From the NCBI GenBank assembly GCA_963700145.1, contig OY969474.1, positions 640,001 through 704,000 on the forward strand: a DNA stretch of 64,000 bases. Reading direction: 5' to 3'. This document shows positions 9,314 to 17,587 of the stretch, in pieces (the first letter of the stretch is position 1; each line of letters starts with the position of its first letter). A program made the position numbers and the translations under genes. The stretch comes from an uncultured Acidobacteriota bacterium. GTDB lineage: Bacteria; Acidobacteriota; Thermoanaerobaculia; Multivoradales; UBA5704. Under the pieces are notes generated by a model that was not told the DNA's origin, did no database searches, and saw only the letters and a program-made list of their open reading frames with translations.

Positions 9314-11257
9314 GTGAAGCCGGTTTGCGCGCTCCTCCTGCTCCTCCTCCCGGCGCCGGCCCTCGCCCAGACGCCCGCCGCCGCGCCGCCGACCGCCGAC
9401 ACCGCCGCCTATCACTTCACCCTCGCCAAGGCGCTCGCCGGCGAAGGGGAGTACGACGACGCCCTCGCCGCCTTCGCCGAGGCCGAGCGGCTCGACCCGC
9501 GCGACCCGTTCATCCCGCTGGAGCGCGCCCAGCTCATTCTGCGCGCGGCGCAGGTCCTGCGCGGGCCGGGCGCTGCCGAGCGGATCGCCGAGGCGGCGCG
9601 CGCGGTGGGGCGGGCGCGGGAGCTGGCGCCCGAGTCGCTCGACGTGCTGCGCGGCGCCGCGGAGGTCTATCTCGACCTCGCCGCCGCCAGCCCCGAGGCG
9701 CCGGCGGCGCTGGAGGAGGTCCTGGAGGCGCTGACCCGCCTCGACCCCGAGGACGTCCAGGCGCTCTTCGCGCTCGGCCGCCTGCGGCTCGACCGCGGCG
9801 AGGCGGAAGCCGCCGCCGAGGCCTTCCGCCGCGTCGCGGCCCTCACCCCCGAGAACCGCGCGGCCACCGGCTTTCTGATCGAGGCGCTGCTCAAGGCCAA
9901 GAAGGGCGAGGAGGCCGAGGTGCTGCTCGCCGAGCTGCTGGGGCGCGACCCGGCGGCGCTCGAGGCGCGCATCACCCTCGCCGACCTGCAGGGCGAGCGC
10001 GGCGACCACGCCGCGGCGCTCGACACCCTGCGCGGCGCGCCGGCGGCGCAGCGGGACGACCCCCGCCTGCAGCGGCAGATCGGCTCGGCCCTCTACCGCG
10101 CCGGCGACCTCGAGGGGGCGCTGGCGGCCGCCGAGGCGGTCCTCGCCCGCGAGCCGGGCGAGCGCCAGCCGGTGCTGCTCAAGGCCCTCGTCCTCGCCGC
10201 CCAGGGGAAGAACCGCGAGGCGGGCGAGCTGCTGGCGGGCCTGCGCCGGGAGGACCCCGCGAACCTGGCGCTCGCCGGCATGCAGGCGCGCCTGATGGTG
10301 CGCGACGGGCGCGCCGCCGAGGGCGCGGCCCTCCTCACCGAGCTGCGGGCCGACCTTGCCGCGGAAGGCAAGGCGAAAGAGGCCGAGGAGGCGGGGCTCG
10401 AGATCGTGCGCGTGCACGCGGAAGGGGAGCAGTGGGACGCGGCCGTCAAGGCGGCGGCGGAGTTGGGGGGGGCGGCCGATCCGGAGGTGCGCGAGGCGGC
10501 CCTCGCCCTGCGCCTCGACGCCCTGAGCGAGCTGGAGCGGCATGCCGAGGCGCTGGAGCTGCTGGAGCAGCGGGACGCCGGCGCCGGCGCGGCGGAGCGC
10601 GACTTCGCCGGCAAGCGCGGGGAGCTCCTGGTGCGCACCGGCCGCGGCGCCGAAGGGGAAGCCCTCCTCGCCGACCTCGCCGCCTCCGAGAAGCCCGAGG
10701 AGGTGCTGGCCGCGGTCCAGGCCTACCACCGCCTGGAGCGCTACGAGGCCTCGATCGCGCCGCTGGAGCGCCTGCTGGCGCGCCAGCCGGCCACCGCCCC
10801 GGTGGCCTTTCTTCTCGGCGCCGCGCACGAGCGCGAGGGGGAGCGCGGCGAGGCCGAGAACGCCTTCCGCCGCGCCCTGGAGATCGAGCCGGGCTTCCAT
10901 CCGGCGCTCAACTACCTCGGCTACATGCTGGCGGAGAAAGGGGAGCGGCTGGAGGAGGCGCTCGGTCTGGTGCGCCGCGCCGTCGCCCTCGAGCCGGACA
11001 ACGGCGCCTACGTCGACTCGCTGGGCTGGGCCCACTTCCAGCTCGGCCAGTACCAGGAGGCCCTCTCCTTCCTCGAGCGGGCGGCGCGTCTCGAGCCCGG
11101 CGCCGCCACGATCTACGAGCATCTGGCCGACACCTACCGGGCGCTCGGGCGCGCCGACGACGCGCTCCAGCATTACCGCCGGGCGCTCGCCCTCGACGAC
11201 GAGAACGCCGACGCGGTGCGCCACAAGCTGCGCGAGCTCGAGACCGCGCGTCCCTGA
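9314..11257 (+). CDS. Exported tetratricopeptide-repeat protein
   Basis: Signal peptide (VKPVCALLLLLLPAPALAQ); ALNYLGYMLAE and YVDSLGWAHFQLG TPR motifs. Confidence 0.85.
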   Translation: MKPVCALLLLLLPAPALAQTPAAAPPTADTAAYHFTLAKALAGEGEYDDALAAFAEAERLDPRDPFIPLERAQLILRAAQVLRGPGAAERIAEAARAVGRARELAPESLDVLRGAAEVYLDLAAASPEAPAALEEVLEALTRLDPEDVQALFALGRLRLDRGEAEAAAEAFRRVAALTPENRAATGFLIEALLKAKKGEEAEVLLAELLGRDPAALEARITLADLQGERGDHAAALDTLRGAPAAQRDDPRLQRQIGSALYRAGDLEGALAAAEAVLAREPGERQPVLLKALVLAAQGKNREAGELLAGLRREDPANLALAGMQARLMVRDGRAAEGAALLTELRADLAAEGKAKEAEEAGLEIVRVHAEGEQWDAAVKAAAELGGAADPEVREAALALRLDALSELERHAEALELLEQRDAGAGAAERDFAGKRGELLVRTGRGAEGEALLADLAASEKPEEVLAAVQAYHRLERYEASIAPLERLLARQPATAPVAFLLGAAHEREGERGEAENAFRRALEIEPGFHPALNYLGYMLAEKGERLEEALGLVRRAVALEPDNGAYVDSLGWAHFQLGQYQEALSFLERAARLEPGAATIYEHLADTYRALGRADDALQHYRRALALDDENADAVRHKLRELETARP

Positions 11258-11961
11258 AAACCTCCCTCGGCCTCGCCGCGGTGCTCCTCGCCGGCTGCGC
11301 CGGGGCCGGCCCGGTCCCGGTCCACCACCCGGAGACTCCCATCTGGGAGATCCCCGCCGCGGCCCTCGGTTCGCAGCGCCTTTACCGGGTGACCACCTCG
11401 GGGACGCAAGGGGAGGGGAGCTTCCGCCTGAGCCTCCTCCTCGCCTCCCCGGAGCGCTACCAGGTGCGGGCCGTCGATCCGGTCGGCCGCGCGCTCTGGA
11501 CCCTCGACGTCGAGGCCGAGCGCGGCCTCTTCCTCGACCACCGCAGCCGCGCCTACTGCGTCTTCGAGGGGCGCTTCGACCTCTCGGGCGTGCCGCTGGC
11601 GCCCTTCCCGCTGATGTCGCTCCCCGCCCTCCTGCTGGAGCGTGTGCCGGGGGAGCCCGCCGCGCCGCCGCGCCAGAGCGGTCGCGAGGTGGCCTTCGCG
11701 GACGCCGGCGGCCGCCGCTGGACGGCGACCCTCGACGGCGGGCGGGTGGCGAGCTGGACGGTGTGGGACGGGGAGACGCCGGCCTACCTCTGGGTGCGGC
11801 GGGGCGACTGGGCCATCCTCTCCGACCGCCGGCAGGGGGTGCAGGTGCGCTGGCGGCAGGTGCTCAGCGAGCCGCTCGGGGCGGCGCCGGCGGCCCTTTC
11901 GCCGCCCGAGGGCTTCCGCGCCGGCGACTGCCGTCCGGTGCCGGCCGGGGCCGGCGGTTGA
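11254..11961 (+). CDS. Lipoprotein, possibly LolB/LolA-like fold
   Basis: KTSLGLAAVLLAGC lipobox; beta-rich body; occupies the lolB position after the TPR gene; CTG start inferred. Confidence 0.6.
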   Translation: MKTSLGLAAVLLAGCAGAGPVPVHHPETPIWEIPAAALGSQRLYRVTTSGTQGEGSFRLSLLLASPERYQVRAVDPVGRALWTLDVEAERGLFLDHRSRAYCVFEGRFDLSGVPLAPFPLMSLPALLLERVPGEPAAPPRQSGREVAFADAGGRRWTATLDGGRVASWTVWDGETPAYLWVRRGDWAILSDRRQGVQVRWRQVLSEPLGAAPAALSPPEGFRAGDCRPVPAGAGG

Positions 11962-12065
11962 TCTATTCCCCCGGTTTCACATAGCATCAGGTCTCTCCCG
12001 CAGAGCCGTCGTGTACGGAATCGCCGGCCAGGGCCTGCCGCTCGGGGGGAGTGGAGGAAGAGGCG

Positions 12066-12470
12066 ATGGAGATCACCGAGGTCAAGGTCTTCCCGGTCCA
12101 GGAGGAGAAGCTCAAGGCCTTCGTGTCGGTCGTCTTCGACCACTGCTTCATGGTCAACGACATCAAGATCATCCACGGCAAGGACGGCCTCTTCATCAGC
12201 ATGCCCAGCCGCAAGAAGAAGAACGGCGAGTTCAAGGACGTGGCGCACCCGCTGAACAACGAGACGCGGCGGGTCATCGAGACGCGCATCCTGGGAGAGT
12301 ACGAGCGGGTGCTGGCCGAGCGCGGCGAGCGTCCCGCTGAAGGGGTGCAACGGCGGCCCGACAACGAGGCGGCGGAAGCGCCGCCGGCCGTTTTGCAGCC
12401 GCCGCCGGACAAGAGCCTGGAGGAGATCCAGGAGCTGCACCTCCGCGATTCGTTCTGGACGATCACGTAA
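12066..12470 (+). CDS. spoVG: SpoVG-family nucleic-acid-binding regulator
   Basis: MEITEVKVFP...KLKAFVSVVFD...GLFISMPSRK...FKDVAHPLN. Confidence 0.95.
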   Translation: MEITEVKVFPVQEEKLKAFVSVVFDHCFMVNDIKIIHGKDGLFISMPSRKKKNGEFKDVAHPLNNETRRVIETRILGEYERVLAERGERPAEGVQRRPDNEAAEAPPAVLQPPPDKSLEEIQELHLRDSFWTIT

Positions 12471-12531
12471 GCCCGTATCATCCGGCGGAGGAAGACGGCG
12501 GCGCCGCGCCATGAAGGCACGGCTTCGGCAC

Positions 12532-12605
12532 TGGGGCGTCGCCAAGTGGTAAGGCACCAGACTTTGGATCTGGCACCGGAGGTTCGAATCCTCCCGCCCC
12601 AACCA
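12532..12605 (+). tRNA. tRNA-Gln (TTG)
   Basis: TGGGGCG acceptor stem, GCCAAGTGGTAAGGC D-arm, CCAGA-CTTTGGA-TCTGG anticodon arm, GGTTCGAATCC T-arm, encoded CCA. Confidence 0.97.
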
Positions 12606-12617
12606 ACCTGAGGGACC

Positions 12618-13559
12618 ATGCCCGGCGAGCTGAAAATATTCGGGGGGCGCGCCCACCCCGCCCTGGTGCAGGAAATCTGCGAATACCTCAACGTCGAGGC
12701 GGGCAACGTCGTGGGTTACAAGTTCTCCGACGGCGAGACCTTCTGCCAGATCGACGAGAACGTGCGCGGCTCGGACATCTTCGTCGTCCAGCCGACCTCG
12801 GCGCCGGTCAACGAGAACCTGATGGAGCTGCTCATCCTGCTCGACACCTTCAAGCGCTCCTCGGCCTCGCGCATCACCGCCGTGCTGCCGTACTACGGCT
12901 ACGCGCGCCAGGACAAGAAGGACCGGCCGCGGGTGCCGATCACCGCCAAGCTGGTGGCCGACCTGATCTCGAAGGCCGGCGCCGACCGCGTCCTCACCAT
13001 GGACCTCCACGCCGACCAGATCCAGGGCTTCTTCGACGTGCCGGTGGACCACCTCTTCGCCGCGCCGGTTCTGCTCGAGGCGGTGCGCGAGATGGACGTC
13101 CCGAAGCTGGTCATCGTCTCGCCAGACACCGGCGGCGTCGAGCGCGCGCGGGCGATCGCCAAGCGCCTGGAGGTCGGCCTGGCGATCGTCGACAAGCGGC
13201 GCACCGCCCCCAACGAGGCCGAGGTGCTGCGCGTCATCGGCGAGGTCGACGGCTGCAACTGCCTCATCGTCGACGACATCATCGACACCGCCGGCACCCT
13301 GACCAAGACCGTCGAGGCGCTCAAGCGCGAGGGCGCGCAGCGGGTGCTGGCAGCCGGCGTGCACGGCATCCTCTCGGGGCCGGCGCTGCAGCGCATCGAA
13401 GCCTCGCCGATCGAGGCCGTTCTGATCACCAACACCACGCCGCTCGACGAGAAGCTCGCCCGCTCGAGCAAGCTGCGGCCGCTGTCGGTTGCGCCGCTCC
13501 TGGGCGAGGCGATCCGGCGCATCCACGAGAACAGCTCGGTGAGCTCGCTCTTCGTCTAG
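12618..13559 (+). CDS. prs: Ribose-phosphate pyrophosphokinase
   Basis: FSDGE, PYYGYARQDKK, DLHADQIQGFFD, IVDDIIDTAGT. Confidence 0.98.
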   Translation: MPGELKIFGGRAHPALVQEICEYLNVEAGNVVGYKFSDGETFCQIDENVRGSDIFVVQPTSAPVNENLMELLILLDTFKRSSASRITAVLPYYGYARQDKKDRPRVPITAKLVADLISKAGADRVLTMDLHADQIQGFFDVPVDHLFAAPVLLEAVREMDVPKLVIVSPDTGGVERARAIAKRLEVGLAIVDKRRTAPNEAEVLRVIGEVDGCNCLIVDDIIDTAGTLTKTVEALKREGAQRVLAAGVHGILSGPALQRIEASPIEAVLITNTTPLDEKLARSSKLRPLSVAPLLGEAIRRIHENSSVSSLFV

Positions 13560-13599
13560 GCGGGCCTGCTGTCAGAATGAGAAGGGAAGTGAGGAGACC

Positions 13600-14253
13600 A
13601 TGAGCGAACTGACCCTCGAAGTGCAGAAGCGCGAGACCAAGGGCAAGAACTCCAACCGCCAGCTCCGCGCCCAGGGCCGCATCCCGGCGGTGCTCTACGG
13701 CGGCGGCCGCGAGTCGGTGCCGCTGGAGGTGGACCGCAAGACCGTCCTCGACCTGCTCAAGAAGGCGGGGAGCGAGAACGCCGTCTTCCTGCTCAAGCTG
13801 GGCGAGACCGGCAAGGAGCGGCACGCCATGATCCGCGACCTGCAGATCGACCCGCTGCAGCGCCACATCGTCCACATCGACTTCCAGCGCATCGAGATGT
13901 CGCAGAAGGTGCGCGTCGAGGTGCACGTCGAGGTCGAAGGCGTCCCCTACGGCGTCAAGAACGAGGCCGGCATCCTGGACTTCGTCACCCGTGCGCTCCA
14001 CGTCGAGTGCCTGCCGGGCGACATCCCGCAGCACATCAAGCTCGACGTCTCGGCGCTCCACGTCGGCCAGCACGTCGAGGCCCGGCAGCTCGAGCTGCCG
14101 CCGGGCGTGACGCTCCTCGAGGACCCGGCGCGCGTCATCGTCTCGGTGTCGCACGCCCGCATCGAGGAGAAGCCGGCCGAAGAGGTGGAGGCCGTCGAGC
14201 CGGCGGAGCCGGAGGTCATCAAGAAGGGCGGGAAGCCGGAAGAGGAAGTCTAG
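13600..14253 (+). CDS. rplY: 50S ribosomal protein L25 (Ctc form)
   Basis: LRAQGRIPAVLYG, HIDFQRI, CLPGDIP. Confidence 0.97.
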   Translation: MSELTLEVQKRETKGKNSNRQLRAQGRIPAVLYGGGRESVPLEVDRKTVLDLLKKAGSENAVFLLKLGETGKERHAMIRDLQIDPLQRHIVHIDFQRIEMSQKVRVEVHVEVEGVPYGVKNEAGILDFVTRALHVECLPGDIPQHIKLDVSALHVGQHVEARQLELPPGVTLLEDPARVIVSVSHARIEEKPAEEVEAVEPAEPEVIKKGGKPEEEV

Positions 14254-14268
14254 GCAGGGTAGGGCCGC

Positions 14269-14829
14269 TTGCCGAAGCTGGTCCTCGGCCTGGGGAACCC
14301 GGGAGAGCGCTACCGCGACACCCGCCACAACGTCGGCTTCCGCGTCGTCGAGGAGCTGGCGCGGCGGCGGGGGTCGCCGCCCCAGCGCCTGGAGTGCAAC
14401 GCGCTCGTGGTGCCCGACCCCGACCTCGCCCTGGCGCGGCCCCAGACCTACATGAACCGCAGCGGCTACGCCGCCCGCTGCCTGGTCGAGCGCTGGGAGC
14501 TGGCGCCCGAGACGTTGCTGGTCGTCTACGACGAGGTTGCCCTGCCGCTCGGCCGCCTCCGCCTGCGCCTAGCCGGCAGCCCGGCCGGGCACCGCGGCAT
14601 GGAGTCGATCCTCGAGAGCCTGCAGACCGACCAGGTCCCCCGCCTGCGCTGCGGCGTCGCCGGCCCCGACGGCCCCCCGGCCGGCGACGTGATCGCCGAC
14701 TACGTCCTCTCTCCCTTCGCCCCCGAAGAGCGCGAAACCGCCGAGGAAATGATCGCCCGCGCCGCCGACGCCTGCGAAGCCTGGGCCCGCGAAGGCCCCG
14801 AAGCGGCGATGAGCCGCTTCAACGGCTAG
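14269..14829 (+). CDS. pth: Peptidyl-tRNA hydrolase
   Basis: LGLGNPG..YRDTRHNVGF, PQTYMNRSG, AGHRGM. Confidence 0.97.
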   Translation: MPKLVLGLGNPGERYRDTRHNVGFRVVEELARRRGSPPQRLECNALVVPDPDLALARPQTYMNRSGYAARCLVERWELAPETLLVVYDEVALPLGRLRLRLAGSPAGHRGMESILESLQTDQVPRLRCGVAGPDGPPAGDVIADYVLSPFAPEERETAEEMIARAADACEAWAREGPEAAMSRFNG

Positions 14830-14830
14830 C

Positions 14831-15124
14831 GACCCATCGGGTTCGCCCGCCGACCCACTCGGTTCGGCCGCGGATCCACTCGGTTCCGCCGCAGATCCAT
14901 TCAGTTCGGCCACGGATCCAGTCGGTTTCGCGGGTGATCCATTCGGTTCGGCCGCTGATCCATTCGCTTCGACCGCGGATCCACTGGGTTCGGCCGGTGA
15001 TCTACTCGGTTCAGCCGGTGATCCACTCGGTTCGGCTGCGGATCCAGTCGGTTCCGCTTTAGATCCAGTCGGTTCCGCCGTGGATCCACGGTGTTCGGCG
15101 GCCGACTCACCGGGTTCGCCCGCC
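14831..15124. repeat. Array A: 14 x 21-bp tandem units, GATCC-N4-GGTTC-N7
   Basis: Units start every 21 nt from 14831 to 15104, e.g. GATCC ACTC GGTTC GGCTGCG. Confidence 0.92.
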
Positions 15125-15132
15125 GCCCGTGT

Positions 15133-15138
15133 ATAATG
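15133..15138 (+). promoter_or_regulatory. Sigma-70 -10 box of the rpsF-rpsR-rplI operon
   Basis: TGTATAAT about 110 nt upstream of the rpsF ATG. Confidence 0.7.
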
Positions 15139-15183
15139 CGCCCCTCATTCGCCGCGGGCTGGCTCTGCCGGGCCCGCATCCCG

Positions 15184-15238
15184 TTCCTCTCTGCTCCGCG
15201 CCATCTCGCAGCGGGGCTGCCAGGCCATAGGGAGGTGC
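15184..15238 (+). promoter_or_regulatory. Putative S6:S18 autoregulatory leader
   Basis: CCTCTCTGCTCCGC...GCGGGGCTG...GGGAGGTG hairpin that could sequester the purine-rich SD-like tract upstream of rpsF; matches the general architecture of known S6:S18 leaders, not model-tested. Confidence 0.45.
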
Positions 15239-15249
15239 CTAGGAATCCC

Positions 15250-15666
15250 ATGCGTACCTATGAGTTGGTGTTCGTTGTCGATCCCCGTGTCACCGACGAG
15301 GAAGTCGTCGAGCTGACCGGGGAGTACAAGCAGATGCTCACTGGCGGGGGTCTCACCATCAACCGCGAGGAGAGCTGGGGCCGGCGCAAGCTGGCTTACC
15401 CGATCTCGAAGCTCACCGAAGGCAAGTACGTCGTCCTCTACCTCTCCAGCGAGAACGGGACACGGACCCTCGCCGACGTCGAGCACCGCATGAACCAGAA
15501 CGACAAGGTGCTGCGTTACCTCTCGGTGCGCACCGACCAGGACCTCAAGCGCGCGGGCAAGCCGCTGATCCCCGAGCCGACGGCCGAGACCAGCGCGCCT
15601 CCCACTGCCGAGGCCGTCGTCGCACCCGCCGCCCCCGAGGGCGGCCGGCCCGGAAGGGAGGAGTAA
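15250..15666 (+). CDS. rpsF: 30S ribosomal protein S6
   Basis: MRTYELVFVVDP, WGRRKLAYPI, VLRYL. Confidence 0.97.
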   Translation: MRTYELVFVVDPRVTDEEVVELTGEYKQMLTGGGLTINREESWGRRKLAYPISKLTEGKYVVLYLSSENGTRTLADVEHRMNQNDKVLRYLSVRTDQDLKRAGKPLIPEPTAETSAPPTAEAVVAPAAPEGGRPGREE

Positions 15667-15669
15667 GCC

Positions 15670-15966
15670 ATGCCACCACGCACAGGCGGCCGCGGACCAG
15701 GCGGCAGGGGAGCGGGCAAGGCGGGCGCCAAGGGCGCCAAGGGGAAGAAGGTCTTCTACCGCCGCCGCAAGGTCTGTAAGTTCTGCGCCGACAAGATCGA
15801 CTACGTCGATTACAAGGACGTCAAGCTCCTGGCGGGGTTCATCCCCGAGCGCTCGAAGATCCTGCCGCGGCGGATCTCCGGTACCTGCGCCCGCCACCAG
15901 CGGCTGCTGCAGCAGGGCATCAAGCGGGCGCGCCACCTGGCGCTGATCCCCTTCGCGACGGACTAG
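15670..15966 (+). CDS. rpsR: 30S ribosomal protein S18 (Zn-binding C+ type)
   Basis: RRKVCKFC, DYKDVKLL, KILPRRISGTCARHQR. Confidence 0.98.
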   Translation: MPPRTGGRGPGGRGAGKAGAKGAKGKKVFYRRRKVCKFCADKIDYVDYKDVKLLAGFIPERSKILPRRISGTCARHQRLLQQGIKRARHLALIPFATD

Positions 15967-15974
15967 GAGGGGAC

Positions 15975-16421
15975 ATGCGAGTCATCCTGATGAGCGACCA
16001 GCGCCACCTCGGCCGCCGCGGCCAGGTGGTCGAGGTCAAGCCCGGCTACGCGCGCAACTACCTGATCCCGCAGGGGCTGGCGCTGGAGGCGACGACCGCC
16101 AACAGCGCCTACTTCGAGCAGCAGAAGCACAAGATCGACGCCCGCCACCAGCGCGAGAAGGACGCCGCCGCAGAGGTGGCGACGCGGCTGGCCGGTTTGC
16201 GCCTCACCATCCCCAAGCGGGTGGGCGAGACCGACACCCTCTACGGCTCGGTGACCGCCGGCGAAGTGGCCGACCTGATCGCCAAGGAGGGGATCGAGGT
16301 GGACCGCCGGCGCATCGACCTCGAAGGCGGCATCAAGACCCTCGGCGACCACCCGGTGCGCGTCGAGCTCCACCACGACGTCGTCGCCGAGGTCACCGTC
16401 ACCGTCGTGCGGGCGGAGTGA
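15975..16421 (+). CDS. rplI: 50S ribosomal protein L9
   Basis: LGRRGQVVEVKPGYARNYLIPQG, LYGSVT, IKTLG. Confidence 0.98.
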   Translation: MRVILMSDQRHLGRRGQVVEVKPGYARNYLIPQGLALEATTANSAYFEQQKHKIDARHQREKDAAAEVATRLAGLRLTIPKRVGETDTLYGSVTAGEVADLIAKEGIEVDRRRIDLEGGIKTLGDHPVRVELHHDVVAEVTVTVVRAE

Positions 16422-17581
16422 GCGACGACCGGCCGCCCTCACTAGACGACTTCCTCACCGAGCCGACCCGCGACATCGACTCCTGGCGGTGGCTGTGGCG
16501 GGGGGACCGCGAGTTCCCCATCCGCAGCCACCGCGGTCTCCTCGGCCGCTTCCTGGTCGGCTGGAAGCGGCTCTTCCGCCCGCTGGTCAAGGTGCCCCAG
16601 AACGATCTCTGGGAGCGGCAGCGGGTCTTCAACCTCATCCTGCTCGACCATCTCGAGCGCGCCAAGGCCGTCGAGACCTGGCACGGCGCCCGGCTCCTGC
16701 CGCTCGAAGGCACGCTCGCCGAAGGCCTCACCGAGATCATGCGGCACAACGACGCGCTCTTCGCGCGCGTCGACCAGAAGCTCGACGGCTACCGCCGCGA
16801 GGCGCGCGACCTGCTGGGCAGCCTCGGCGCGGCGTTGGCCGCGCTGGAAGGCGGCGCGGCGCCGCCGCAAGAGACTCTCTCTCGCGCCCGCGAGGAGCAC
16901 GCCTACTTCGAGCTCGAGCGGCGCTACCGCGGCACCGAGGAGGAGATCGGCGAGCGGATCGCCCGCTACTTGCCGTACCTGGAAGGCAAGGACCCGGTGC
17001 TCGATCTGGGTTGCGGCCGCGGCGAGGCGCTGGCCCTGCTGCGCGACCGCGGCGTGGCGGCGCGCGGGGTGGACGCAAGCGAGCGCATGGTGGCCCTCTG
17101 CCGCGAGCGCGGGCTCGACGCCGCGGCCGGCGACCTTTTCGCGCACCTCGCGGCGGTGGAGGAGGGGAGCCTCGGCGCGGTCGTCTCCTTCCACGTCGTC
17201 GAGCACCTGCCGCCCGAGGCGCTCGACCGCCTCGTCCGCCTCGCCTGGCGGGCGCTCCGCCCCGGCGGGGTGCTGATCCTCGAGACCCCGAACCCGCTCT
17301 CCCTCGTCGTCGCCGCCCGCAACTTCTGGCTCGACCCGACGCACGTCCGCCCGGTCCACCCCGAGGCGCTGCAGCTCCTCCTCCAGCAAGCCGGCTTCGC
17401 CGCCGTCGAGCACCTGGAGCTCCGCCCCTTCGCCGACGCCGACCGCCTCCCCGAGATCGACCTCGCGACCCTCCCCCCCGAGCAGCACGAGCTCGCCGAC
17501 CGCGTCAACCGCCTCCGCGACCGCCTCGACGAGCTGCTCTTCGGGAGCCAGGACTACGCGGTAATCGGCACGAAGGGCTAG
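16418..17581 (+). CDS. SAM methyltransferase with N-terminal coiled coil (glycan chain-capping-like)
   Basis: ERRYRGTEEEI, VLDLGCGRGE, FHVVEHL, ILETPNP, FWLDPTHVRPVHP. Confidence 0.85.
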   Translation: MSDDRPPSLDDFLTEPTRDIDSWRWLWRGDREFPIRSHRGLLGRFLVGWKRLFRPLVKVPQNDLWERQRVFNLILLDHLERAKAVETWHGARLLPLEGTLAEGLTEIMRHNDALFARVDQKLDGYRREARDLLGSLGAALAALEGGAAPPQETLSRAREEHAYFELERRYRGTEEEIGERIARYLPYLEGKDPVLDLGCGRGEALALLRDRGVAARGVDASERMVALCRERGLDAAAGDLFAHLAAVEEGSLGAVVSFHVVEHLPPEALDRLVRLAWRALRPGGVLILETPNPLSLVVAARNFWLDPTHVRPVHPEALQLLLQQAGFAAVEHLELRPFADADRLPEIDLATLPPEQHELADRVNRLRDRLDELLFGSQDYAVIGTKG

Positions 17582-17587
17582 CGCCGA

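Noticed and set aside
12066-12470. spoVG as evidence of sporulation
   Set aside because: SpoVG is common in non-sporulating bacteria, and outer-membrane proteins here indicate a diderm
12532-12605. tRNA-Gln as an integration site
   Set aside because: No duplicated tRNA 3-prime end or integrase seen; the context is the conserved spoVG-prs block
14569-15251. Heptad-repeat ORFs over array A (IHSVRPR / RNRLDP / AAEPSGS)
   Set aside because: A 21-bp repeat gives heptads in any open frame; these ORFs overlap pth or the rpsF leader and lack convincing starts. Not called, though translation cannot be excluded
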